The notes beneath the pieces were generated by a model. That model was given only the letters and a program-made list of their open reading frames with translations, ran no database searches and was not told the origin of the DNA. Below, piece by piece: positions 50,201-64,000 of a DNA stretch of 64,000 nt (within the stretch, counting starts at the first letter, position 1; each line of letters starts with the position of its first letter). This stretch comes from Yuukianura sp. NJ FZ-2021 (taxonomy: Eukaryota). The stretch spans positions 6,510,001 through 6,574,000 of the forward strand of contig CM102283.1 in assembly GCA_046563655.1 (NCBI GenBank). Reading direction: 5' to 3'. The translations under genes were made by a program, and so were the position numbers.

Positions 50201-52773
50201 TCAACAAAAAATTACTTAAACACTTTTCGAAATTTTGAAAATACCTGAAAGAAGATTTCCTCAATGAGCTCGTCTTCAATGATCTCCGATGCTTTGAGTG
50301 GTTCCGCATAATTCTGGGTAAAAAGAAATCAGAAAATTAACTTTTTGCAAAAATTTGATGTCATTTCATTTCAAGGTCACCTTAACAAGCGTTCTGAGGG
50401 CCTCCACATATGATCTCTCCGTTTCCAGAATTTCAGCCAGCACATGTCCACGAGCACTTCCTTCCTGAAAAATCCACACAGAAAAATCAAAATTTTATAA
50501 CAATTTCCAATTCGACGGGCAACTTCTCTTTGCAAGTTGTGGATCCTCGTAGCGTAAGCAGCTTCCCTCATCGCTTTCTCTTCTGCAACCTCATTCACCA
50601 ACGGATTTCCTCCACCCATTCCCAAAATTCCACCGCTACGCATTTTTTAAACTAATCTTTGGTTAAAGTAAGGTTTAACAATCGTTATTGTAGCCGAACA
50701 GTGTAGCCACTCCGGCCATTTTTGTGTCTACAATAGACAGCTACACGTAGTGGCAACATTTGTAGCCGCTAAAGCCTAAACGAAAACCTAGGTTAAAGCG
50801 GCAAGATAAGTACTAGCCGCACCGTAGCCACCCATTGTAGCCACCAAGTGGCTACACCGTAAGGCTACAATGACGATCGTTCAACCTCACTCCAGCATAA
50901 AATTATATTTAAAAACTTCAAGAAGTTAAAGAAAAAACGATTGACTTCTGTTTCGTCCAAAACTAATTTGATTTTTAATTTTTTTTTTCAATTTTTAAAC
51001 TGTCAGTGTTTTTTATCTCAAATCGCTGTGCGTTTAACCCCGATGCTTTCACTTTCGATTCTACAACCAGAATAAACTGAAGAGAAAGCGAAAAAAAGCA
51101 ACCACCGCACCCCCGTTGTGCTTGTAATAGTGCTAAAATTGAATCTAATGATACTCTTACAAGTTGTCTGCCCGTTGGAGTTGACGCATGCGCCGTCGGT
51201 GGGATGGCGGTTGTAGTGGAGTATCGAATGTCAGACGGAGTAGAGGATGTACGTTGATGAAGTCCAACTCCAGCCCAAGAGTCTGCAAATATTCCAAAAT
51301 TGGCATCATTAGTTCCGCCGTAATAAGTGTTCTCTGTTTACTCAAGATTTTGATTATGTCAAAGTTCCATGATATATGAACTGTAATTTCCATAATAAAC
51401 GCTTACCAAAATTTGGAAAAATGAGGATTTGAGATAATGATAGGATTTTGGAAATTTTTGGAAAAATGATATGTTTTTGAAAATGAAACGCTGAAAAGCG
51501 TGGGAACGGTTCTAAATTATCCAGGTTGAACAAACATTCAAAAAAAAATCTATGACTCACCCTTTTCTTTAGGCTGCATTGAAACGTTATTGGAAATTTT
51601 TCTGGAGCGACTACTGAGTCCATGTTTGGAGTTGAGATTGATGTCATCCATAGATCCAAACGGAAGGCTCAGGCTACCGTCTAGTAGTTTCGGATTACCA
51701 GCTTTTTCTGGGATTCCAGCTCCTGAGGGCGGAACTCCAGTAGAACTCTTAACAGCCATTCCACGAACAGAATCTTCTCGTCTTGGCAGAGGTTTTTTCA
51801 TTTCCGCTTCTAGCATTTCTCCATAAGGGCCTCTAAGTGGCCGCTTGTAAAATCCGCCAAGGCCAAACTTCCGAACAACTTCCATCTTCTTGTCTTCCAT
51901 ACTTGGACTTCCATTTTCTTTTCGTTTTTCTTCTTTATCTTTAGTTGGTTTAGGAAAATCCAATGGAAGGCTAGAGGCTGATGGTTTTCCTGAATCGGAA
52001 CTTGAATCTTCAGCGCTACTTCCGAGTCGTAGAGTTGTTGACATATTTTGTGACCCGCGGTTTGACCTCAGATGGGGTGGACTTGGACAACTTCCGTCGG
52101 ACAAGGTCATAAGTGGTGGTGGTTCATCTGAAGCCGAGTCAGATTGGGCTGATGATTGGCGTAGAAGGCTTCCACGTTCACATTGATTGGTTCGAGACGT
52201 AGTAGGCTGAAGTTGTAGAGGTTCATCGTCTCCGCCAATTACAAAGTTGAGTGACTCTAAAGAACCAAAAATACATTCAAAATTTAAGTCAAAATTTTAA
52301 AATTTCGAAATCATAACGAAAGTTTACATACGCATTGGTTCCGAAGTGGGAGTGTTGGGCAGGTCGCTGCAGTATTCTGCCGGGGGAGCTTCGATTTGAC
52401 AGCAGTAGTTTAGTTTCGATCTTCCAGTGGAATCGGGCACGTCTGCGCCGATTTCGACTGGACATGACCTACTCTGTACATGTACAATGGACACTGGTGG
52501 GTCTGGCACCTCCGCTGCCAGTAACATTGGAAGAGGCACATCTTCGGTAGGTGTGGGTGGTTGGTTCAAGCAGAATGCTGTAGGTACTAGTGTAATATGC
52601 GGTTTTGACGGAGATCGTTGAACATACTTTCCATCCGAGGTCACATCCACTTGTGAAAATGATGCTGATCGAAACGGTATTGTCCTTGGGGGGAAGGGTG
52701 ACAGGCGCTGCTTCCCCCCATCGCCAATCACTTCCTCGTCACGATCACAGGGAACGTCAACAGAGTCCTCCAT
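47294..52773 (-). CDS. ARHGEF17: Rho guanine nucleotide exchange factor, ARHGEF17/ARHGEF10 family (DH-PH plus C-terminal beta-propeller)
   Basis: N-terminal PFRSASFSQVD; DH motifs EILETERSYVEAL and LLIKPIQRIPRYELL; VPIRKTRAGL, VWVANSDGYVGQ, PQGHTGQVRFLT, VISGGDGYEEF and REDSTNHLLIW. Confidence 0.85.
50667..50891. mobile_element. Small MITE in a RhoGEF intron
   Basis: GTAAGGTTTAACAATCGTTATTGTAGCC versus right-end reverse complement GTGAGGTTGAACGATCGTCATTGTAGCC (4 mismatches in 28); repeated TGTAGCC/GGCTACA inside. Confidence 0.7.
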
Positions 52774-52927
52774 AAGAAATTACCGCAGATCAAGATACCT
52801 CCATGACACTACAAATAAACTAGCAATTAGTTTTTTCAAAGAAAGTTTTGATCTTTGCTTCTCTCTGGTTCAGAAGTGGAGTAAAGCCTCAAAATAGTTC
52901 CTGGTGCAGATGAGCTTAAAATAGACT

Positions 52928-54675
52928 TTATTCGGCATATGTTTGGAGAGGTTGAGGGGGACGACGGAGGATGCGTGACACGAACATTGGACCTGAGTTG
53001 GCGAAGACATTGGGTTCTATGAGAACTCCGAATTTCGTCCTTGACAGGAAAAATAAATTCATGGCTTGAAATGGAGCAAGAGCCTGCCAGAGCCCTTCAA
53101 TGTCCACGACCAAGTCTCGTTCTTCTGTTTCTCGAAGGGCTGCTCCAACGGCGCCGTCATTTTCAATTGGAGACAGTGTACATGTGGAGTAGACGCAGAC
53201 GGAACCAGGTTCGTTTGATAAAGAACGAAATGCGGAGAGTAGGATTCCTTTCTGAGTTTTTATCAGTCCGAGTCGTTCCTTGAGTCTCCTGGGCTGGAAA
53301 ATGGAGTTGTCAGAAATAGTGGCTGAGATCCGGTCGGAACTGCAGGGAACATCAGCCAGTACTCGATCGTATTCATGTGACCCCGGATAATGAACAGCAT
53401 TTAGTCTTGTCGTTCGTACAATTTCTGGTCTGGCACTCCCTGTAAGATATACGAACACAAATTGAGTAAAATTGCAAATGGAGACATGAAGCATTGAGCT
53501 ACGTTACCTGTAAACTCCAAGAAAAGACGGCGGATTCGTTCGACGCGACTTGCTTCCAGGTCATTGGCAGTGAGAGCCGAAGGACACAATGTCATCAGCG
53601 TAAGAAGCGATTTTGTTCCTGGACCGGCACAGAGATCAAGTACATTCACTTCGGGAATCAAATCCAGAGCCATGATTGGTGCAAGTGAAGCTCCGTTGAC
53701 ACAGATCCAATCACGTAGACCTAATCAAAAGTTAATTAAAATGAAGTATAAACAACAATTTTTAGATCTATTACCTGTATGCTTCCCTTTACGAGCAGGG
53801 GGAAAACTATTGTCGCTACCGGCTTCAAAGGTATACGGTCTAAGTGAAGGAAACCCTATAACTGGAGCATCTTCAAGCGCGGTGAACGTAAATTCACTAA
53901 CTGCTGGTGTATTTCCTTGGCTGTATGCTGCGAAGTATTCTGACTCAAACTCATATTGTTCAGTCCCTTTCAATTTAGTAGGCGGAACAAAGGCCGTGGA
54001 TGCTAATGACAATCAAATAATCAGATCATTAAATAACTTCTTGCGATTGACTTATCATAGTCGATCAATTCGGCTTACCTTCCTGTACTTGTCTAATAAG
54101 TCTAGTATCTTCAACGTCCTCAACTAATGGTGCCGGTATTTTTCCAATTGGAGCATTCTTATAAAGTGCATCTATTTCTTCTGCATGCTTAGTTTTTGCA
54201 ATGGCTTCCAAGGTCTGATCAAGGGCTTCTAAATGTTTTGAAACTTCTTCCAATTCCTCTCCGGTTGTCAACACTTCTCCGCTTAGCTTTTGTTTTCCAC
54301 GGCTCCACACTTTCTGTAAGTCCAAGGCACCCAACGACTCCAGGGTCGCTGAAATACTGTCCACGTCGGAAAAGCTGTTAGGAACAGCAATGTACTTCTG
54401 TGGGCAGAGTAGTCCAAGTCTCATAGAGGGCCATTTTGTTCCATGTACCGAAGGATAGAAGTCATCAAAGTGCTCAAAGGCACGGTCGATATGTGATTGT
54501 CCACGGGGCATGATTAGGTCCAGCTACAAATCACAACGAAATGACTGATTACATTCTCAGAATGTTTGACTACTGCTTAAGCTTGTGTTTTACTTACTAA
54601 CTGCTTTCTCTTTGCACCACCACCGCTTAGGGCGCACGTTCTTGAAAAAGAACGTATATGACCCAGTGGAAGCAT
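52928..54675 (-). CDS. NSUN4: Mitochondrial 5-methylcytosine rRNA methyltransferase NSUN4-like
   Basis: Transit-like MLPLGHIRSFSRTCALS; AFEHFDDFYPSVHGTKWPSMRLGLL, VLDLCAGPGTKS, DRVLADVPCS, VYSTCTLS and NSGPMF. Confidence 0.9.
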
Positions 54676-56068
54676 TTCTCACGTCCTGGAACTTAATATT
54701 TATTATGTAACTTAGCAATGAGTTGATGGTTACAATCTTAGTTGACTAAATTAACAATTAATTCAATTAAATTATAGTTTTATTTTTAATGTTTGACCCT
54801 TTGTTTACTGTGAGCAAATTGTGTTGCTAATAGCAATTTCGATAACTGAACACAAATGTACGGAACCAATCGAACAGCATAAAAGTTGTTTCTATTCCTC
54901 ATCTGAAGTTGAGTCTAATGGTGAATCCCTTCCAATTTCAATGATAATGTGCTTCCTAATTCTTACCACTATTTACTTTTAGGGCATCCAAGTTCGGACA
55001 CTTTTCAACAAGTTCGAACTTCGAACTCAAAGCACTTTGCTGTCAGTTAAACTCCGCGTATTTCCTGCTTTTCTTTTTACATTCCGGATCACTCTCGGCG
55101 ACATTTAGAACGTACATTCGGTCTCCTTGCAGTTTGCCACCACCACAAAAACTAATTTCTATAAAAAAAAATTGTATCTCCACGAATGAAGATTTCCAGA
55201 CTTTAAATTAATTGAATGGGTCCTTAAAATTTTGCCACCTTTTAATCCAGATTTTTTTTAATCCAGATATAATGTATGTGGAGATATTTTTAGCGCAAAT
55301 AATTCTATCCTGGGTTGCTGGAGATATTATTTTATAATTAAATATAATTACGGCAACAAAAATTCCGTTTCATTTCCCCTGTAACTGAATTTTGAATGGA
55401 AAAAGAAAATCAACAAAGGGTCAAACATTAAAAATTGAACTATAACAAAATATCTGGACTTTCTTCAGGACCCGACCGAAAGAAGCAGAAGTCCGACTCC
55501 CTTGAATGAAAATCAAAAGTCGAATGAAATGTTTACCTTTCAATTATTTTTTGTGGCTTTTTCCCGCCCAAATTTAAAAAAAAAACTTGCCGAATTTGAA
55601 CGAGAATGGAATGGAACTTTCTAGAACAATAAGGATTTGATTTCTTGAAACACTAAAAAATTGACGAAAGTTCATAACAACCTTATACTGACGTTAATTA
55701 AAAGTTAAACATTAGCCGGTTTAACCATCTTTAAAGCATCATAAGCTTTAAATTACAATAAATTTTCATTTGTCCTTCACACCTCTTGACCTAAGTGATA
55801 ATTAAATCCTGGAAGACTAGTCATTCAAAACCACTCTTCAGGGACAGAAAGGAAAAACTTTAAAGTTCGATTTGACATAAATGGCTGTCATAAAATTGCC
55901 ATTATCCATGTACACGATAAAACTAAATTGCGCATTTTCGTAAATTGAGATCTTAAATCTAAGGTTAATCGTAAACCATTCAATGAATGGCATTCAATTT
56001 CAGAAATGGTGAAAGGTGGGTAAGGTGCTCAATTAGAGGCTTTAATTCCATTTTCGGAATATCCAAAT

Positions 56069-57097
56069 TAGGGGTCGGAATCCGGATTGTGGCTCCGGAT
56101 TCAAATCCGGGTTTTTGACGGATTCGGATTATCCGAAATCCGGATTTTTAAATACTGAAATCCGGATTTCTACGGATTTCAAGAGCTATTCGAGGGCATG
56201 TGCGGTATCAAAAAAAAATAGCCAACCTCAGATATACTCAATTTCAGGGTTCGTAAAATACTGTATTTTGTATTGTTGTGCCAATGTTGTGCCAGTGTTG
56301 TGCCAATGTTGTGCTAATGTTGTGCTAATGTTGTGCTACTGTTGTGCTAATGTTGTGCCAATGTTGTGCCAATGTTGTGCCAATGTTGTGCTAATGTTGT
56401 GCTAATGTTGTGCCAATGTTGTGCCAATGTTGTGCTAATGTTGTGCCAATGTTGTGCCAATGTTGTGCTAATGTTGTGCCAATGTTGTGCTAATGTTGTG
56501 CCAATGTTGTGCCAATGTTGTGCTAATGTTGTGCCAATGTTGTGCCAATGTTGTGCTAATGTTGTGCCAATGTTGTGCTAATGTTGTGCTAATGTTGTGC
56601 CAATGTTGTGCTAATGTTGTGCTAATGTTGTGCTAATGTTGTGCTAATGTTGTGCTAATGTTGTGCCAATGTTGTGCTAATGTTGTGCTAATGTTGTGCC
56701 AATGTTGTGCTAATGTTGTGCTAATGTTGTGCTAATGTTGTGCTAATGTTGTGCCAATGTTGTGCTAATGTTGTGCTAATGTTGTGCTAATGTTGTGCCA
56801 ATGTTGTGCTAATGTTGTGCTAATGTTGTGCCAATGTTGTGCTAATGTTGTGCCAATGTTTCATTTTTTTTCAACACTAGTAATTTGATTCAAAAAATAA
56901 ACACGCCGAATTTATCATCAAGGTTTTAGCTACGAGTGTTTCCAACCTGCATTTCTGACAGCTTAAACCAATTTTGAATTTCTTATGGGAGTTAACACAG
57001 AAATTGAAATCCGGATTTAAATCCGGATTTCAGGATTGAAATCCGTCAAAATCCGAAATCCGGATTTTAAGAAACCCGCTCCGGATTCCGACCCCTA
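56069..57097. mobile_element. Non-autonomous hAT-like element (1029 bp) with 8-bp TSD and internal minisatellite
   Basis: Perfect 18-bp TIR TAGGGGTCGGAATCCGGA/TCCGGATTCCGACCCCTA, TSD ATCCAAAT (56061-56068, 57098-57105) and many subterminal AATCCGGATT motifs. Confidence 0.92.
56274..56860. repeat. 11-bp minisatellite (AATGTTGTGCY)n, about 53 units
   Basis: Interspersed AATGTTGTGCC and AATGTTGTGCT units. Confidence 0.95.
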
Positions 57098-57679
57098 ATC
57101 CAAATCTAAAAATCATAAAAAAAAATTATACAAAGTCAAGAAATATAATCAGAATTCATGATAGCTCTTGGAAGTAATTGTTTTATTTTGAACAGTAAAT
57201 CATGTCTTCGTGTCCCTCCCTTTACTACCATCGGTGTGCCTAGGTGACTTCATCTCCCGAAAAATTTCTGAGACAAGGCATACATCTTAGAATAGAACGT
57301 AGGCGTTTTAGTAGCCAAAGTACTATAAGTTTCAGTATAACTTCCAGAAGTAGGCCTAAAATATCCTAATTTCAGCACATGCAAGGCATAAAATAAGCCT
57401 TGACTTCGTTCATCTTCTTTGCGAAAAGAAACGGAGCCCAACGTTAATTTTTTTTTGAATTGACAAATGCTTTTCCTGCCCTCACTCCCGACATTTCGGA
57501 ATTTTAGTTCTGCAAAGAATCAGAGTTGATCTGCCTGTCAGACTGTGCAGACAGTGAAAAATTGAAAAATCATTGCGCAGTGGTAGTGTTCCGCTGATTC
57601 AAAAAATATTTGAAAATAAATATAATAAGTAAATACAAAATCTAAGCATATTTGCCATCAGTGTTCCAAATTAAGCGTC

Positions 57680-58659
57680 ATGAACTTCCGCTGGTTTTTA
57701 CAAATATTGGCATTAGCCGTTTTATTAGCCACGGTTTCAGCCAACGTAAGAAAAGTTGTAGAAATTAGCCAAGTTGTCGCAACATTTTGTAATTTTAGTA
57801 CACGTTAGAATAATTTTGAAATTTCAAAATTTTGAAAATTTGTTTCAGTTTGATGTGTCTGAGATCTACCAAGGATGTGGAGAAAAGTCTAAAAATTGTT
57901 TTGGAGACGTCGACGGATGCATTCAGGCCAAAAATTGCACGTTTGTGGTCTCGGCTTCAGAAAATGCTACCCACTACTCTGCAATTATACAAAATTCTTG
58001 CAATATCATAGAGAAAAACGTTTTCTTTGGAGTTGGAGTCCACGCCCTCATCAAAAATGTAAGGTTGACCTTGAGTTTACATCAATCCGAAAGAAAAAAT
58101 TAAATTCCTAAACGGGTATTAACAACTTTGCAGGATGTTCAGCCCTATCCACCATACATTTGCACTCCAAAATTTGAAGATTTCAAGTACATCATTCTGT
58201 GGAATGGAGACAAGTGTGAGGCGCATCAAGTACGTTGTGGTATATCATAAGGAATTTTAAATTTCAATTTCATAATTTTTTAACTCGCGAATTTTAAATT
58301 CATATATTCAGAAAATTCAGCAAAAATGGGGGTACATGGTCAAAGGAGTAGTGCCTCCGTGTAGCAGTACTCCACAACTGGACAATCTTTTGGACTTTGC
58401 GAAAACGAACATGTTGATCAAGTCCGGAAGTATTCCAATCGAACGTATCGGTATGAAATTGTTTTGACAAAAATGGTCCAAAAAATGAAAAAAAAATCCT
58501 GATCTTGTAAACTTTTCCAATTTTTTTTTAGAAAATGGAGGATACGTAATGAAGAGTGGAGGGATTTTTATCACCAATATTGCGACTAGTACGCAAGCGA
58601 ACATAGTTGCGTTTTTGGCAGTCATCTTTGGAACGTCCATTTTCTTCAGGATAGCATAG
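57680..58659 (+). CDS. Small Cys-rich surface protein (signal peptide, hydrophobic C-terminus; FRRS1/DOMON-like N-terminal motif)
   Basis: MNFRWFLQILALAVLLATVSAN|FDVSEIYQGCGEKSKNCFGDVDGCIQAKNC... ending in NIVAFLAVIFGTSIFFRIA; five GT-AG exons. Confidence 0.7.
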
Positions 58660-59499
58660 GCTATACGTTTACTACGCTTTTCATTTCCAAAAAAAAATGT
58701 TGTGCAAAGAAACTGTTTTAACTAAAGTTACTAAATATCGTAAATATCACATAAGTGCTAAAAATGAAATGAATTTTGAAGCATTATATGATTTACATCG
58801 GATTAACAATTACTTCTCTTAGCTGCAGTAGAATTTTAGTTGCATTAAAGCAAGGGAAGCCAAAAATGTTCGAAAAATGTGTCGAAAAAAAAAGTTTTTT
58901 TTTCTCAGATCAGAAAAAATTTGGTACCAGTTTGCAAATTAGTAGGTACAATGTGTAGAGAAATCACAAAACTGTCAATCAAAATAATGATTGACAGGTA
59001 GGGGTTTAGCATTGGCCTATTGTTAGGTTTGGGTAATTAAAAAAACTAAATAATAAATAAATACTAAATAAAATAATTAGGACTAATTAACTAACCCCCA
59101 CCTCTCGACTAATTAACTAACCCCCCACAATACCCCCCCCCCCCCCCGACTAATTAACTAACCCCCCCACCAAAAAAGAATTTTTGGGAGAAAACTATTG
59201 GAAATGGTTTAAACAATACCTAAAAAGTTCAACAAAAAAAAATTTTTTTTTTTTGGCTAATTACACGTTTCCGAAGGATTGTGAGCGGACGCGGAGGTTG
59301 GTTAAAAAAAAAAAGAACGGAGATCGGAAGAGAAGGAGCGAAGAGTGGGAAAAAGTGCCGGCGTATGAAACGAAGTCGCAAATTCACGGGGTAAACAAAA
59401 GTTCCTCCTGCTGTTTATTCGACACTGCTGGAAATAAGTCTCACTTAATTAAGTGAAATATCGGAAGCTACCCCGGCTGAAGAGAAACGAAAACTAAAT

Positions 59500-61985
<2,486 letters not shown>

Positions 61986-62137
61986 GTTAGGCTCAGAAGA
62001 ACCCGCATTAATTCTTCGTTTCCGAAACGTTTTAGTGTAATGCCAAGGAACCAATATTTTCTTTGCTGTTTAGATTGTGACTGAAACAGATTGTTATACT
62101 AATTATTATTGTAATTCTAGATAAATCGTTTAGGATG

Positions 62138-62597
62138 CTAAGATTTTTTGATAAATGTTGGATCATAAAGAGTCGGATTTGATTCAACTGTTGTTTGATT
62201 GATTTGTTCCATGAAGCGGACTCCTCTGTAGCCATACTGCGCCTGTACATCAACCAAAATCAGGAATCATTGTACAATAATTGCATTTTACTTTAAGTTT
62301 TTCCTAGGAATAGTAACGTGATTTACCTGGTATTTAACACCGTTTCGTGCAGGAGCTGCGGGGTCAACTGTAAAAGATTCTGGTGTGTATAGGAAAGGTG
62401 TCCCGATGATGTTGTGCAAATACCCGTGAGACACTGACCCACATCCCACTATGACAGCCACCATCAACCAACCTAACTAAAATTGAACAAGAATCTATTA
62501 GAGACGCCGATTCAACCTTAGTAAGTTAAATAACATTGTGATTAACGTTAAAAATTTTTTGTTAATTCGATACACTTACCATATTTCTCAATTCCAT
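62138..62597 (-). CDS. Small secreted protein (~90 aa, 3 exons)
   Basis: MELRNM|LGWLMVAVIVGCGSVSHGYLHNIIGTPFLYTPESFTVDPAAPARNGVKYQ|AQYGYRGVRFMEQINQTTVESNPTLYDPTFIKKS*; phase-0 GT-AG introns; signal-peptide-like start. Confidence 0.6.
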
Positions 62598-64000
62598 CCT
62601 TGTAGGAACTTTGCTAAAGGAAGATCTACACTCTTTCTGAAGATGCAGACGAATTTCCTCTCGAGGCAAAAGTTACGCAAAAAGAACTCGAGGACGCCAC
62701 AATGCATGCAACATGCAACAATGAAGTCAACAGCTTGAGGTCATCGCAGGAAAAAATGAAAGTGAGGCGTCTCTACTTGCAAAAATTGATTCACCTCGTC
62801 AGAAGCATTGCAATTTGCAAACCCTTCAAGCCAACGAATCCCAAAAATGACAAACGTTATGCAGAGGCGTGTCCATGTATGCACAATTAATTAAATGCTA
62901 TCATGTTTCACAGAAAAATTGTGTATTTTTCAGACATAGTGTTTCAAATTCAAAAGTCAGAACTCAAAACACTCCCGCCTCTGCTCTGCCGTAATGAGGT
63001 GACAATGTCGGCTCCACTGAATACATAAAGGGAGGCCTCCGAAGTCATAAAATGATAACTTATTACCCGCATTTCGACATTTGACAGTTTTTCGGGGATT
63101 TTGAGGGTCTCCAGAGAATCGATGCTTAGTAAAGACCTTGGAGAGTCTACAGCAATCGCAGTGCAGTGTGCATTAGTGCGAGGATGACAAATGGGTATTT
63201 CGAGTTAACAAAATTCATGACAAATGACGCTAAATAATTTGTCTTTTTCATTTAATTGAAATCAATTAACTCAAGTATGCTTTCCAAGGAAGGCCATTTA
63301 GTTTAAATCCTTTTGGGTTTTCCAAATTATATTCCGAGTGTCCGACCTTTGCGGTTTTCAAATTGCGTAGTTTTAACGAGAATCAATTTAAAAAATCGCG
63401 TTGTATCTTAAAGCGTTTTTTGAAATGACAATCTCAACAATTTCCACGAACTGACGAACTTTCATGGTTCTCTTCACCGAATTTTTTTTGAGACGCTAAT
63501 TGAATCTAACTCAAAGAAATTTGTGGCTTTTCCAATAAGTTGACGTCTATGACTTGATCGTAACTTTGAATCACTATGAATCATTACAATTTTTCAGAAG
63601 TAAAAAATTGAAACAAAGTTTGAAAAAAAATCTGCTTCTTGGTGTCTTTGGAATTAGAATTTTATTAGTAGTCGTTTTTCAAAATTTCAGTCTTATCTTT
63701 TCCGGCGAAAATTTCTGAATGTAATTTTTGTTTAAATTCCATTTACGTCCTGAAACTAGTAATCTCTGTAAACAATTTGATCAGTCAAAAACGTCCAGTT
63801 TTGAACTTTCAAAATTTCGCAGCTCCAAATTGTCCATGGTTTGTTGACTCTGCCATTACAAATTTAAGCGCGAAAATCAACAGAAGATAAAATTTTGACA
63901 AAATTATGCAAAGATCATCTTGGCGTCATCTGCGAAATTTTACTTTTCTACTGGACTGTTCTGGAGCTTTAAATTTACGACCCACGTCCGTTGTGTTCCA

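Noticed and set aside
56115-56581. Cys-rich ORFs (CQCCANVVPML repeats) resembling metallothionein
   Set aside because: Translation of the 11-bp minisatellite inside a MITE.
62600-64000. ORFs 62538-62738 and 62702-62890 and the downstream region
   Set aside because: No motifs or splice-supported structure; likely UTR or intergenic DNA.

Overview
Eukaryotic, AT-rich, intron-containing DNA (introns mostly about 55-100 nt). Protein and U2 sequences look arthropod-like; a springtail-type compact genome is plausible but is inference only. 1-10.8 kb: no supportable gene, only a decayed TIR element. 10.9-12.6 kb: a secreted PHB/PHA-depolymerase-family gene whose catalytic Asp and His appear replaced. 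16.2-30.3 kb: a dynamic accessory block with three tandem F-box/LRR-like genes, two from a recent tandem duplication with a visible breakpoint. One duplicate's upstream region carries five insertions absent from the paralogous site: a palindromic MITE with a nested TIR element, a TA-TSD DNA element containing an identical-LTR retroelement that encodes only Gag-protease plus a 19-bp minisatellite, and a poly(A)/TSD retro-insertion. A 960-bp foldback element with an 8-bp TSD follows. 30.5-62.6 kb: dense, mostly conserved genes (4-TM protein, PTGR-like reductase, Pro/Ala-rich secreted protein, PHYHD1, PPIL3, CK2-beta, ZMYND19, divergent U2 snRNA, ETFDH, membrane protein, ARHGEF17-like, NSUN4, DOMON-like surface protein, DDX41, small secreted protein) plus several MITEs. 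Best candidates for novelty: the Gag-PR-only mobile LTR element, the putative PHA-depolymerase pseudoenzyme, the F-box array with its insertion hotspot, and a duplicated 3' splice site in CK2-beta. Exon boundaries were read by eye and may be off by a few bases.
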